A stretch of DNA of 64,000 nt. Origin: a virus. Both the position numbers and the translations under genes were made by a program. The stretch spans positions 12,607-76,606 of IMG/VR virus record IMGVR_UViG_3300026519_000009. One strand, given 5' to 3'. The notes below the pieces were generated by a model that did not search any database, was not told where the DNA came from, and worked only from the letters and a program-made list of their open reading frames with translations. Positions 21,553-31,956 of the stretch are shown in pieces. The stretch's first letter is position 1. Each line of letters begins with the position of its first letter.

Positions 21553-23094
21553 CTATCTGTGCCAACGTGGATTCCTTGCAATAGGAACACCACGTTCTAC
21601 ACGTCCTACATTCGCATCGTTATAATTATGTTCACTGGAACCCATGTGACTATTGCCAGAATCAAGGTCCGTGGCCGATGCTAGTGTCATTGTCCTTGCC
21701 CATGGTTCATGTTCAGGAACACGGCTGGTTAACCATGCTTCAAGTGTTTCACTGGCGGACATACTGGCCGTTGCAGGTGTTGCGGGTGGGCCATTCAAAT
21801 GTATAGAGGTGCCCGTTACGATCACATCCGCTGCCGCTAATATATTGGTGGTAGCACCCGATTGTAAATTCAACATACCGCCACTCGCGGTAAGATGTAT
21901 ATCGGCAGTGGCCGTTAAAAATAAGTTGGGCATTGATATTCCCATATCACCAATTGAATCAATATTTGTTGACCCATTTGAACGAATATTTAGATTCCCA
22001 CTAGAATGTATTCGCATTTCGCCCTCAGTTGCCAAATGAATACCTTCTTTTGCAGTAACCCTAAATGCGCTGCCTGCCGTAAAATTTATATCCTTCTCGG
22101 CGTGCATCGAAATATTTCCTGCACCATACATATCAATATTTCCATTTTCGTCCATTTCAATCCAAGTGTTACCACCGGCTGTACTAATGTATATCCTTTC
22201 ATTAGTATCATCCATTATTATTTGATGACCATGTGTTGAACGTACACGAATTCTACAATTATCCGCATTATCAGACATTGAATATGAATGGAAGCCAGGT
22301 GTTGTCCAAGAATATACCTGTGGATCGTATACAAATTCGGTGGCACTAGATGCAAGCCCTTCTTGCACCCGACTTCTATTGTATCCCTGAGTGTTATTTA
22401 ATATATTTCCATCTTCTTCAGTGAAGTCAACTTCCTGATCATCTGCAACGCTGGTATAAATAACATCATTATTCGCAATATAAACTGCTGATAATCCAGC
22501 AACACCAACATCGGCACCTCGTGTTCTATATTCAAAATTCTTTCTAGGTGTTGGGATTGCTTGGCCGGTAACTGATTCATATTTTGTGAACGCATTGGTT
22601 TGGCTTGAATACAATGGTTGGATAGGGTCATCCGTTGAACTTAGTGGGCCGGTAGGTTCTTCGTTAGAAGCAGCTGTTTTATTATAAGTATATCGTCCAT
22701 GTGGCATTGTATGTGGAAGAAATTGATCATGCATTGCACCAAGATATATACGAAACCGTGGATCTGCATCAATACACCCCACCAACACGGTTGCCCCCAC
22801 TTTCGGAACATTGAACATACCATAGGCGACCGGGCCAAATGTTCTATCGTCACCACGACCACGACTGGCGGATTCATTAATTCCTGCTAATGGTGAAATT
22901 GGTGTTGCCCAAGGTATATCCTCAACCACAGTATTATTTAGATCACCAAATCGTGGACATGCTACGCGAATCCTACCCATTTGCTGTGGGTCATTTGTAT
23001 CCACGACCTCACCCAATGTTAAGTGATCAAAATTACCATTAGTTGTATTTATTTCATCGAAAATAGACATTACGTTCTTCCAGCTACTGGCCAT
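21553..23094 (-). CDS. Baseplate hub/central spike protein (gp5/VgrG-like)
   Basis: OB-fold start GEVVDTNDPQQMGRIRV, TPGFH/THGHQIIMDD motifs, beta-helix repeats and C-terminal RVPEHEPW. Confidence 0.85.
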   Translation of the reverse strand: MASSWKNVMSIFDEINTTNGNFDHLTLGEVVDTNDPQQMGRIRVACPRFGDLNNTVVEDIPWATPISPLAGINESASRGRGDDRTFGPVAYGMFNVPKVGATVLVGCIDADPRFRIYLGAMHDQFLPHTMPHGRYTYNKTAASNEEPTGPLSSTDDPIQPLYSSQTNAFTKYESVTGQAIPTPRKNFEYRTRGADVGVAGLSAVYIANNDVIYTSVADDQEVDFTEEDGNILNNTQGYNRSRVQEGLASSATEFVYDPQVYSWTTPGFHSYSMSDNADNCRIRVRSTHGHQIIMDDTNERIYISTAGGNTWIEMDENGNIDMYGAGNISMHAEKDINFTAGSAFRVTAKEGIHLATEGEMRIHSSGNLNIRSNGSTNIDSIGDMGISMPNLFLTATADIHLTASGGMLNLQSGATTNILAAADVIVTGTSIHLNGPPATPATASMSASETLEAWLTSRVPEHEPWARTMTLASATDLDSGNSHMGSSEHNYNDANVGRVERGVPIARNPRWHR

Positions 23095-25067
23095 CGGACC
23101 GTACTTTTCTTAACATCACCTACAGCAACGGTTTCACTATTCTTTACATTACCGGAATTGGACAAGGTAAATAGACCGGTTATTTCACGATGCACCGCTG
23201 TTCGATTCTGATCCTTGTCAACTATAACGTCACTCGTGGTATCTGTGTGTTGTTCTAATTTATCTGATACAGGTAAGCTCATCAAATCCAACTCTTGTGT
23301 AAATTCACCATTATTGAATATTTGTTTTACCCCAAATAACGTATAAAATCCGGTATACCAAAAATCACGATATTCAGTATTAACATCATTTGTATCAACT
23401 GGCATTTTAATATTTATTTTAACCAACGTAGGTGTATTCAACCAACTTGGGTTAATTGTTTGACCATCCCGCACAGGCTCTGTTTCTTGTCGATCTAATT
23501 CACTAGGCAATACTTGCATTTCATTTAATAATTGTGGGTTGCCATAAATCACCATCTTAGCTTCAATAGTTTCCAATGCTGCGTGACGGTTTAATAATGC
23601 TTGAAACGATGCACTATCTATAGGATTTCGTGTATTTCTTGCCATTGGTTGTTCTATTTTTGAACCAAGAAACAATGGTGTTGCGCTTCTACGTGTTTGA
23701 CCATTTGATGCAACAACGGTTGAGCCAGTGGTTTTTACTTGATATGAACGATTTCCTTCTTTGGTTGTTTGTTGGGTGGGGATGGTATCTGTTGTTGCTG
23801 CAATTTGAAAAAAGGCCATTCCCATTTCCATTTTAATATCAAACGACTTTATATCTACATTATTACCAGTAAATATATAGTCAAACGTAATTGATTGGCC
23901 GGGCAATGGTTCGAATACCGCACCATTAAACGCGGCTTCGTATGGGAGCATTGTCATTGCATATCGTTTTATATGATATTCAACAATAAACTGCGTCGAT
24001 GTGGAGTTTAGTCCCGACGTTATTTTGTAAATAAATTTTGTTCCGTCCTCCCGACCCTTACCATCATTAATGACACCATTACAGCTTGCCATTATTCGTT
24101 TAATAATTTCTTCAACACCTACTTTCGGTCCAAAGTTAAATGCACCATCCGCATTGATATTACTTATCCGAACATGTTCATTGTCACCCGCACTATACAC
24201 CGCACCATCCGCATAGTCAGGTGCAAAAATACGGTATTCAACCGGACGATAGTTTGCATCAAAAAACTTAGTGGCGCTATCAACACTTTCCTGAGCTGTT
24301 AATGGATTTCCTTCAAGCACGGATGCGTCATATAGTGTTTTTGCAAACTCTATTTTAGCTTGTTCAAGATATGCAGAGTATGATGTATTTATTTTGGTGG
24401 CTAATGATGCAAACGTTTCCGCCAAGCTATCTGATTGACCAATCTTAAATGAAAACCCTTTAAATATTTGTTGCGTTTGCGGTAGTTTACCCATACCATT
24501 TGTTGCACCCACAAAACTCATTTTATATTTAGCACCAGATGTATCAAAAATCGCTGATATATCATAATTAATAAACAACAATGGTCTAATATTAGATATC
24601 ATTTCCGTAGTGCCCTGTGTAGTATGTCCTACAAAAACGGTTTTCAATACAAAAACCAAACCAACCGGATCAGTGTTCAACTCATCGCACGCATTCGTAA
24701 GGACGTTCAGGAAGTTTGCGCCAAGTGGTTCTATAATATCAAGTTCACCATCTAATGCCATTGAAGTCGATTGTGGAATATTACCGTATCCTATAAAGTT
24801 TTCCATGGCAATAATATTTTCCCACGTAGCAGCGGTAATATAAAATCTAGCATCGGTCATTCCATCAATTAAAGTAATATATCGATTCTCGGTGCTGGTG
24901 CCGGTTGGACGGGAAGCGTAACGCGCACGATCACTTGGCTGTTGAAATACAACAATTTCACTAGTATTTGCCAGCTCTTCCGCAGCAGTACTATTATTAC
25001 ACACTAAAAGAATGTGATGATAGGAATATGATCTAAATTGCCCAAGTATATTTCGTGGTGTTGACAT
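23070..25067 (-). CDS. Baseplate hub protein (gp27-like)
   Basis: Immediately upstream of the gp5-like gene; C-terminal GNP...TGFY...F..GEFTQEL motif typical of hub proteins. Confidence 0.65.
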   Translation of the reverse strand: MSTPRNILGQFRSYSYHHILLVCNNSTAAEELANTSEIVVFQQPSDRARYASRPTGTSTENRYITLIDGMTDARFYITAATWENIIAMENFIGYGNIPQSTSMALDGELDIIEPLGANFLNVLTNACDELNTDPVGLVFVLKTVFVGHTTQGTTEMISNIRPLLFINYDISAIFDTSGAKYKMSFVGATNGMGKLPQTQQIFKGFSFKIGQSDSLAETFASLATKINTSYSAYLEQAKIEFAKTLYDASVLEGNPLTAQESVDSATKFFDANYRPVEYRIFAPDYADGAVYSAGDNEHVRISNINADGAFNFGPKVGVEEIIKRIMASCNGVINDGKGREDGTKFIYKITSGLNSTSTQFIVEYHIKRYAMTMLPYEAAFNGAVFEPLPGQSITFDYIFTGNNVDIKSFDIKMEMGMAFFQIAATTDTIPTQQTTKEGNRSYQVKTTGSTVVASNGQTRRSATPLFLGSKIEQPMARNTRNPIDSASFQALLNRHAALETIEAKMVIYGNPQLLNEMQVLPSELDRQETEPVRDGQTINPSWLNTPTLVKINIKMPVDTNDVNTEYRDFWYTGFYTLFGVKQIFNNGEFTQELDLMSLPVSDKLEQHTDTTSDVIVDKDQNRTAVHREITGLFTLSNSGNVKNSETVAVGDVKKSTVRWPVAGRT

Positions 25068-25105
25068 GTATTAATTATTCCAATTATTATTATTATTATT
25101 ATTAT

Positions 25106-25166
25106 CCAAGTTGCCGGAATACTACTTCCAAATTCAACAAGCTGTATTTGGAAGTAGTCGCCTCAC
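25106..25166 (+). mobile_element. Mini hairpin element
   Basis: TTAT|CCAAGTTGCCGGAATACTACTTCCAAATTCAACAAGCTGTATTTGGAAGTAGTCGCCTCA; compensatory CTAC/GTAG stem. Confidence 0.88.
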
Positions 25167-25180
25167 GTATACTAATATGA

Positions 25181-25540
25181 TTAAACTACGTTATTTCCAC
25201 CTTCCGATTTGGTAATTATATCCAATATTAATCTTGACTGTGTTGGAAGTCTGATAGCAACACCCGCTACTAATTCGGTTACCGGATCAACAATACTGTT
25301 ATATTGCAATACCAACCATGCAAATGTTGCCTTTCCATACACCCTATTTGAAATTAAATCGGGACGACCGGCTTCGTGTTCAAGAACAACAAGCAGGAAA
25401 TCATTTTCTTGTTGTGGTAGGGTACGTTTTTCCCACCATCCAAGTCTATTATTATAGATGTCCGTGGTTCCGCCCTGAACCAAACGTGAATTTCTATTTT
25501 CAACCGAGCTTGTACTAATGTTTTGAGTATTAAATGGCAT
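25181..25540 (-). CDS. Baseplate wedge protein (gp53/LysM-like)
   Basis: GRPDLISNRVYG...WLVLQYNSIVDP...G..IRLP motif. Confidence 0.8.
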   Translation of the reverse strand: MPFNTQNISTSSVENRNSRLVQGGTTDIYNNRLGWWEKRTLPQQENDFLLVVLEHEAGRPDLISNRVYGKATFAWLVLQYNSIVDPVTELVAGVAIRLPTQSRLILDIITKSEGGNNVV

Positions 25541-25542
25541 AA

Positions 25543-26265
25543 TTAAAATCCTTGTAGTCGGCCAGTTCTAAATGCGTCTAAATCAAATGATTCAAATGCA
25601 TCAGGACTGGGTGCTTCCAATAAACTAATATCAATATTCATTATAATTGGCATAGGCACGCCACTTGTTGTGGTAATATAATCAACATCATTTGGATATG
25701 GTATCGTAAGTTGTTGTATAACCACTGGAATCCGGTTAATATGCTGTGCTATTTGCCAAACATTGGTTGCCCCCGTGGTCGCACCAGTGGGTTCGGTTCC
25801 GATAGTTCTTGAATACGCACTTAGGTATAAAATAGCGGGTGGTGCCCCCAATAACTCACTACCTAAAAAGCTTGCACGTTCTTGTGGCGTTAAATCTAAA
25901 CTATCCAACTCATCCGCCGTAAAATTAGCTTCCCTTGCCGCACGCTGCTCACTATTTAATGTGGAGCTATTTCCAAATCTGGGCATACACCAACCACGAA
26001 GTCGCCATAATCTTCTTAAATTTCGATCCGCTTCTTCAATTGTTCTGGAAATTAACTTAATATCTGATAATTGAAAATTGCGGGAGGATGTATTTTTATA
26101 AACTTGTATTTGTCCCGGAGCATGTAATGGTTCAAGTGAATTATAATTCACATTTCTATTTTCAGAAACAACAGGACTTGCATCAAAACTAACGGTACCA
26201 CCACCGCTATTTGCATTTGTTAATTTTACACGATAAGGATTTGATATTCTGTTACGATCCGACAT
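25543..26265 (-). CDS. Baseplate/tail-tube initiator-like protein
   Basis: GAPPAILYLSAY and IPVVIQQLTIPYPNDVDYI...P..MNIDISLLE motifs; within the baseplate operon. Confidence 0.65.
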   Translation of the reverse strand: MSDRNRISNPYRVKLTNANSGGGTVSFDASPVVSENRNVNYNSLEPLHAPGQIQVYKNTSSRNFQLSDIKLISRTIEEADRNLRRLWRLRGWCMPRFGNSSTLNSEQRAAREANFTADELDSLDLTPQERASFLGSELLGAPPAILYLSAYSRTIGTEPTGATTGATNVWQIAQHINRIPVVIQQLTIPYPNDVDYITTTSGVPMPIIMNIDISLLEAPSPDAFESFDLDAFRTGRLQGF

Positions 26266-26305
26266 TTAGTATCCATTGATAATCATACATTGTATTGTTA
26301 TTTAT

Positions 26306-26751
26306 CCAATTTGCCGGAATACCACTTCCAAATTCAGCTTGGTGAATTTGGAAGTGGATGGATAGGCACCATTAGGACGATCTTGCACTTGTATATATTG
26401 CTTTAATATTTCAATTGGGGCAATAATTAAGTGAATTTAGTTCTTGAATTGATATTTAACTATGGTACACTGTTTATATGAAAAGAGCAATCATTCCCGA
26501 CAAAATAAAGCCATGAAGACTTTAAAAATTCGCGTCAATGACATCAAGCACACGGTTGCCAACAGTATTGAACCAAAGGGGGGGGTTGCGGTTGCCAACA
26601 GTCAATCGGGTGTTGATGGACACAAAACATAAATGATCAACAAAAATAGTAAGTGAAAACGAATTAGTGAAAACACCGAAGACATAATGAGCGACCATTG
26701 TGCGAATCCACGTTCAAGCGCAGATCGCTGATTTGGTGGTGGTCGCTTCAA
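26306..26751 (+). mobile_element. Internally deleted IS200/IS605-type element with tnpB fragments
   Basis: Full left end (hairpin then GGATGGATAGG), ATGAAGACTTTAAAAATTCGCGTC (MKTLKIRV, TnpB-like start), segments matching 47029-47078 and 47408-47448, and right end ...GGTGGTGGTCGCTTCAA. Confidence 0.85.
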
Positions 26752-27326
26752 TAGTTAACAATTCCTGCGTGATTTAGTGCTTTAACGAGTGATAGTAGGT
26801 GCTTACATACCCCAGGAACTTGTTTTGGATTAACCGGTCCCCTATTTGAACCTTGAACTTTTTGGTATGGTTTGGGTGCTCTTCCTATTAGGCTTTTATC
26901 CTTAGCATTGAAATAACTAAATCGGTAATAGAAATCTAAACAATTACATCTAACCCGGCATGTATGTGCCGTTAAATGTATTGCATTCATATTGTATTCT
27001 TCACCATCTTTTGCGGTGAACGTCACGTTGTCCGGTAAATTTTCGTTTGAAAATTCAACGTTATTGAATATAATTGAAGTGTTATAATTGGTACCATCGC
27101 TACTTGCGAGACCTATCACGTTTAAATTTTTGGTGCCTATAAATGGCAATAATTCCAATTTAACTATTCTAACCGGGTCGATTGCATTTTGGCGCTTTGC
27201 AGATACCGGGATAAAATTCAGCACATTTTGTTCTAAATCCGAAAATGTTGATTGTTCACATAAAACAAATTTATCAAGTTGATTGTGTATTCGTTGGCCA
27301 CGTATAAGGTAATGATCATTTTTCAT
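26748..27326 (-). CDS. SWIM-type zinc-finger protein
   Basis: CNCLDFYYRF...CKHL; start at ATG 27326, 5 nt after GATAAATA. Confidence 0.75.
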   Translation of the reverse strand: MKNDHYLIRGQRIHNQLDKFVLCEQSTFSDLEQNVLNFIPVSAKRQNAIDPVRIVKLELLPFIGTKNLNVIGLASSDGTNYNTSIIFNNVEFSNENLPDNVTFTAKDGEEYNMNAIHLTAHTCRVRCNCLDFYYRFSYFNAKDKSLIGRAPKPYQKVQGSNRGPVNPKQVPGVCKHLLSLVKALNHAGIVNY

Positions 27327-27338
27327 AGTGGTATTTAT

Positions 27339-27487
27339 CCAAGTTGTCATTAAAGCGGTTGCCAACGGTCGCCAACTGTGCAATCACTTTTCAATTTTCG
27401 GTGAAATTATTTTAAATTTTTAAAAATTAGTGGAACTTTTTTGAATATACAGCGTCTTTACTATTTTAACAACGTGTGTACGTTCAA
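27339..27487 (+). mobile_element. Degenerate IS605-type mini element interrupted by an IS607-like MITE
   Basis: TTTAT|CCAAGTTG at 27334-27346 and GTTCAA at 27482-27487 flank the nested unit. Confidence 0.5.
27357..27474 (+). mobile_element. 118-bp MITE of the IS607-like element
   Basis: Starts GGTTGCCAAC like the left end at 18766-18778; ends TTACTATTTTAACAACG, 17/17 identical to the reverse complement of 17758-17774. Confidence 0.75.
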
Positions 27488-27488
27488 A

Positions 27489-29087
27489 TTAAATAAATAA
27501 TAATTTCCCAATAGTCCGACCTTCTACCGCAGCGTTAAGTGTGTCAGTTATTTGAAAACTAATATCATTAGAATTAATTACAGTGGGATTTAACACCCTT
27601 GCCGTACCATTATACAATACTAATAGTGCAAATCCTGGTTCGGTAGATGCTAAATTATGAGTGATTGTAAAATTCCCTACACCAATATATGTAGTTGTCC
27701 ATCCAATAGGCAAGGTATTATTAGTCATTACCGCCCCTGTTGTATCAACATCAATAAAAAAAGATTCGGAATGTAACGCAGTTGTTGTATCTACATATGA
27801 CTTCGAGGCCGCTTCATCGGGTGCTACTGGTAATAGTGGTACCCCAGTAATGGTTCCACCGCCAGTTATAACAATATCAGAACCATTTGTTATCTGTAGT
27901 TGACCACCGTCTAATGTAAACGTAGCGGCCAAATCCATTGTATCACCACTTCTACTAATTTTTAAGTCAGAATATTGTTTTGTCGCGAATTCCGCATCAA
28001 GCACAGGTGTTATTCCTTGTACTGAACCTGTAAATGTTGCAGCATTCCCCGTGATATTTCCTGTAAAAATAGGATTATTTAAAGGAGCTTTTTCTACGTC
28101 TAACTCATTAATTGCTGCTTGTATATCAATTGCACTTATATTTCCAGCTGGGACATTAGTCAAATCACTTGCGGTATGTGTATGTCCTACGCGCGAAATA
28201 CCTTCTACCGTTAATGTGTTAGTACTGGGTGGTGAACCTGGAACGAGTACCGTAAATTCTAAAGTAGTATCGGATACTACAAATGGACCGGGTGTCGCGG
28301 CAACAAAGTTAGCACTATTTAATACACCATCACCTGAACTTACACCACCGGTTAATACAGAAAAATCAACATATGCCTTTGATGCAACCTCATCCGCTAA
28401 TGTAGGGAGGGCGGGTATGCCTGTGATTATACCACCAGAAATAACTAAATTTCCAGCAATAACACCTCCCGATAAATTTAATTTATTATTAAGTTGTAAC
28501 TGTACATTGCTTGTAATTCCTTCTAATTGATTAACATCACTTGCTGTGAGTGTAGTCGGTGAACCAGTCAGTGATAAATTGTCTAAGAACGTGTTTTGTA
28601 TGGGTGATAAGTGTAATGCATTATCTGAAATATGGGTATCCACATATTGTTTTGGTACTGCACCCAAATTCGTAGTTGGATTACCAAACAATAATAGTTC
28701 ACCTTGCATTGGTGTTGAACCTGTGGCGGTTATTATTCCATCCCACCCTGGACCACCAGCGGTATCATCGGGTGAATTATTCCGTATAAACAAGGAACTA
28801 CTAGGCGGACTACCGTTATTAGTAGAATACCATAATTGTCCTTCTATAGAATTAACCGGGCGTGTTGGACTAGCAAAGTTTTCTATCATATATACAAAAT
28901 TTTGCGCAACCGCTTCCCCAAAATTAGATAAGCCACGGCCATATAACTTCAATGTGGTTCTTGCAGTAACAGCATTTTCTATGAGCGTGGGATTGGATGG
29001 ACTAATCGGACCATTTGTTGTAAATGGAAAAATAGAAAATCCTGGTTTAGTCGTATCCGAAAATAATAAGTTATATGTTAGAGCCAC
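27489..29087 (-). CDS. Tail fibre-like protein
   Basis: N-terminal LKLYGRG...GE..AQNFVYMIENFAS...GQLWY attachment domain and repeated A[AV][ST]K.YVD fibre motifs. Confidence 0.8.
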   Translation of the reverse strand: MALTYNLLFSDTTKPGFSIFPFTTNGPISPSNPTLIENAVTARTTLKLYGRGLSNFGEAVAQNFVYMIENFASPTRPVNSIEGQLWYSTNNGSPPSSSLFIRNNSPDDTAGGPGWDGIITATGSTPMQGELLLFGNPTTNLGAVPKQYVDTHISDNALHLSPIQNTFLDNLSLTGSPTTLTASDVNQLEGITSNVQLQLNNKLNLSGGVIAGNLVISGGIITGIPALPTLADEVASKAYVDFSVLTGGVSSGDGVLNSANFVAATPGPFVVSDTTLEFTVLVPGSPPSTNTLTVEGISRVGHTHTASDLTNVPAGNISAIDIQAAINELDVEKAPLNNPIFTGNITGNAATFTGSVQGITPVLDAEFATKQYSDLKISRSGDTMDLAATFTLDGGQLQITNGSDIVITGGGTITGVPLLPVAPDEAASKSYVDTTTALHSESFFIDVDTTGAVMTNNTLPIGWTTTYIGVGNFTITHNLASTEPGFALLVLYNGTARVLNPTVINSNDISFQITDTLNAAVEGRTIGKLLFI

Positions 29088-29114
29088 AATCGTATCCTTT
29101 TTTTAAATAAATTT

Positions 29115-31079
29115 TTACCCAAATACCCGCAATTCTTTAAACCTTCGTCGAATCAAGGTACCACCAGAACTAAATAAAATCGCTCGCGCGTTCGTTCCAT
29201 CCGATATAATAGTGTACATACGCTGTGAATGTGGGAGGTTTCCGGTCCCCGTGGCAGGGGGTGTGGATGAGACATTATTACCATCAAAAATTTTAGTCCA
29301 GGCACTATCTATAAATACTTCAAATATAACTTGACCATTTATCAAATCTTCGTTTACTACCTGATACATTCCAGCTGGAAATACGTATGTAGAGCCAGGG
29401 ACATTTGCTAATGTTCGTAAAGTATATACATTAGTAAAACTAAAACCACCAGCAATAAGATTATCAACATATTGCTTATTTGCAGCATCCGAATTATTAG
29501 TCGGTGTGTCCACGTTAACAATTTTAGCGTTTGTCATATCTAATTCACTATCAAATTGAACTGGCCCTGTAATTCTGGCATCGCCAACCACATGTAACTT
29601 ATTTCCTGGTGCCGGTGTTCCTATTCCAACGTCACCAGTCGTGGTTATTCTAAACTGTTCGGTTGCTACACCAGCACTTCCGGTTTCTATTACAAAGTCC
29701 CCATAATTTGCACGTAGTCGTAGTATATCGCCAAAATCATTGTGCTGTATAAGACTACGAGGTAGAACATTTCCAGCTTGATGGAATTGTATTGCAACAT
29801 TTCCATTCGAGTTATTGTTCTCTAGGCGCAATGCTTCACCATTGCCGCCCGCTAAGGTTAGGACGTGTAACTTTGCGGCTGGTGCTGTCACCCCCATTCC
29901 AATATCACCACTAGACGTTATAACTAGATTTTTATTACCATTTGTTGAAAAACTAAGTGTTTGTCCAAGGTCAAATTCAATTGAATTATCACCACCTGCG
30001 GAATTACCAAAGTTTATTAATCCGGTGGAAGGGTCGGTTAACGCATTAGTAGCCCGTATTGCGCCATTAATAGTAACTTCACCACTAGGCGCTATAAGTA
30101 GTTTTTCATTACCATTTGTTGAAAAACTAAGTGTTTGTCCAAGGTCAAATTCAATTGAATTATCACCACCTGCGGAATTACCAAAGTTTATTAATCCGGT
30201 GGAAGGGTCGGTTAACGCATTAGTAGCCCGTATTGCGCCATTAATAGTAACTTCACCGGTGGTCTCAAAAATATTTAGACGTATTTGATTATTTTTAACT
30301 ATATCGAAACTATTACTATTATTAATTATATAATCACTGGCACCTAACCCGAAATTAATTCGACCATCCCCACTATTGTTAACTGTCAGGTCATCATTGA
30401 TTGTAGTTGCACCATTCAATTCAGTATCACCAACTACTTCAAATGCTGTGGATGGTGATGGTTGATTAATTCCAACTGACCCATTACTTAACGCGGTTAG
30501 TACACTCCCCCCTGCACTTTGTAAATCAATAATAGCACCTGCCCCCTGTTGATTTACAATAAGCAATGTTCCCGGTTCATTCGCTTGCATAATATCAGCA
30601 ACATCGCTGCGTAAAAATTGAGTACTATCAAGGCCGTCCAACAACGTTGCATCACCACCAGTCGGAATTGACCATATATTACCTAATGAAAAGGTATAAG
30701 TAACATTTGCAGAAGTATTGAACCATTGTTGTCCAATAACAGGATTAGTTATTCCATTACCAAGACCAAGATCATTTTCATCTTTTGGAAGAACCGGATC
30801 GGTCACAGGGTCATAATCCATTAACATCGTAGCTGGATTATAATCACCGAAAACCTTTGCTGGGCAAGCATAATTCTCCAACAATCTGAATATATTTTGA
30901 TTTACGCCCTGTCCCCAACTTACAGTACCAAATCCATATAATGATAAGTCGGAATCCCGCGCAATCCCGCCTGCACCATTTAATTCACCAGAACCAATAG
31001 TAAATGATGATGAAGTACGATTTGCAACTGATTCTGAATCATCATATGCTGTATGTTTTATTAAATATGTTTCAGCCAT
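29115..31079 (-). CDS. Tail fibre-like protein
   Basis: LSLYGFG...QNIFRLLENYA...GQQWF head domain, DATLLDGLDSTQFLRSD, G.VGIG...P...LHV repeats and DAANKQYVD. Confidence 0.82.
   Translation of the reverse strand: MAETYLIKHTAYDDSESVANRTSSSFTIGSGELNGAGGIARDSDLSLYGFGTVSWGQGVNQNIFRLLENYACPAKVFGDYNPATMLMDYDPVTDPVLPKDENDLGLGNGITNPVIGQQWFNTSANVTYTFSLGNIWSIPTGGDATLLDGLDSTQFLRSDVADIMQANEPGTLLIVNQQGAGAIIDLQSAGGSVLTALSNGSVGINQPSPSTAFEVVGDTELNGATTINDDLTVNNSGDGRINFGLGASDYIINNSNSFDIVKNNQIRLNIFETTGEVTINGAIRATNALTDPSTGLINFGNSAGGDNSIEFDLGQTLSFSTNGNEKLLIAPSGEVTINGAIRATNALTDPSTGLINFGNSAGGDNSIEFDLGQTLSFSTNGNKNLVITSSGDIGMGVTAPAAKLHVLTLAGGNGEALRLENNNSNGNVAIQFHQAGNVLPRSLIQHNDFGDILRLRANYGDFVIETGSAGVATEQFRITTTGDVGIGTPAPGNKLHVVGDARITGPVQFDSELDMTNAKIVNVDTPTNNSDAANKQYVDNLIAGGFSFTNVYTLRTLANVPGSTYVFPAGMYQVVNEDLINGQVIFEVFIDSAWTKIFDGNNVSSTPPATGTGNLPHSQRMYTIISDGTNARAILFSSGGTLIRRRFKELRVFG
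29934..30257. repeat. Intragenic tandem duplication: 150 identical bp, 174-bp period
   Basis: 29934-30083 equals 30108-30257 (58-aa period). Confidence 0.92.
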
Positions 31080-31115
31080 GGTATCCTCGTGTTTATTGAT
31101 TATATTATTATTTAT

Positions 31116-31259
31116 CCAAGTTGCTGAAATACCATTTCCAAATCAACAAGCTGAATTTGGAAATGGATGGATAAGAAGAATTTTGGTTGGATTCCAATTG
31201 AAGCTACCATCACCAAATCGTCTCGCTCATTTGGTGATGGTCGCCAACAGTAGCTTCAA
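31116..31259 (+). mobile_element. Two-hairpin mini element (left end plus right end)
   Basis: TATTTAT|CCAAGTTGCTGAAATACCATTTCCAAAT...ATTTGGAAATGGATGGATAAG, then CCATCACCAAAT...ATTTGGTGATGGTCGC(CAACAGTA)GCTTCAA. Confidence 0.85.
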
Positions 31260-31283
31260 GTATTAATCATAACAATTAGCACG

Positions 31284-31952
31284 TTAATGTATTGTTGTTC
31301 CTTTTTTAACGAAAGGAACTGTCGTTATTGATTTATTATCAATATTTTCTTGTTCGGTCAATTTACTTGGGGGTGTATCATATAAGTTTGATAATATTTC
31401 ACGTATTTTACTGTCTTTCGAGGATGATTTACTATTCTCTTTAACCGGTTCTTTTACCTTCTTAACCGGTTCTTTTACCTTCTTAACCGGTTCTTTTACC
31501 TTCTTAACCGGTTCTTTTACCTTCTTAGCCGGTTCTTTTACCTTCTTAATCGGTTCCTTAATTGATTCGTTATCCGTCTTAATAGGTTCTTTAGCTTGGT
31601 TAATAGATTTATTGACATTGGATGGATTCAATACCAACTTCGGACGCGAAACATAAACATCATGCGTTCCTACCACATTAATATTTCCGTTCATTGGACA
31701 AAAATGGTATCCATCTACAATAATATCAATATGGAAGTTATATGTGGTAGTTTCCAGCATTTCTAATGGCGGAATTATTACTGTCCATGAACGCTTGCTA
31801 TTCTCGACTCGTTTACATTCAAATTTAAGGTCCATTTCGGAGGCTTCTATAACAAAATAAACACACATATCTTTCGTTTCGATATTAGTTATGTCTACTT
31901 CAAAATCCAAAATATTTTCTTTTACGTTTGAAATTGATATTAAATTATCCAT
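31284..31952 (-). CDS. Hypothetical protein with KKVKEPV repeats
   Basis: 222-aa ORF with a basic low-complexity repeat. Confidence 0.7.
   Translation of the reverse strand: MDNLISISNVKENILDFEVDITNIETKDMCVYFVIEASEMDLKFECKRVENSKRSWTVIIPPLEMLETTTYNFHIDIIVDGYHFCPMNGNINVVGTHDVYVSRPKLVLNPSNVNKSINQAKEPIKTDNESIKEPIKKVKEPAKKVKEPVKKVKEPVKKVKEPVKKVKEPVKENSKSSSKDSKIREILSNLYDTPPSKLTEQENIDNKSITTVPFVKKGTTIH
31441..31560. repeat. 21-bp tandem repeat (~5.5 copies)
   Basis: TTAACCGGTTCTTTTACCTTC units. Confidence 0.92.
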
Positions 31953-31956
31953 AATA

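Noticed and set aside
25083-25105. (TTA)n tracts here and at ~18779-18792 and ~21197-21237
   Set aside because: AU-rich leaders upstream of minus-strand RBSs in an AT-rich genome; no further structure evident.
31078-31266. Short ORFs with IQVAEIP-like peptides (31078-31266, start of 46754, 42859-43065)
   Set aside because: These are translations of the repeat itself.
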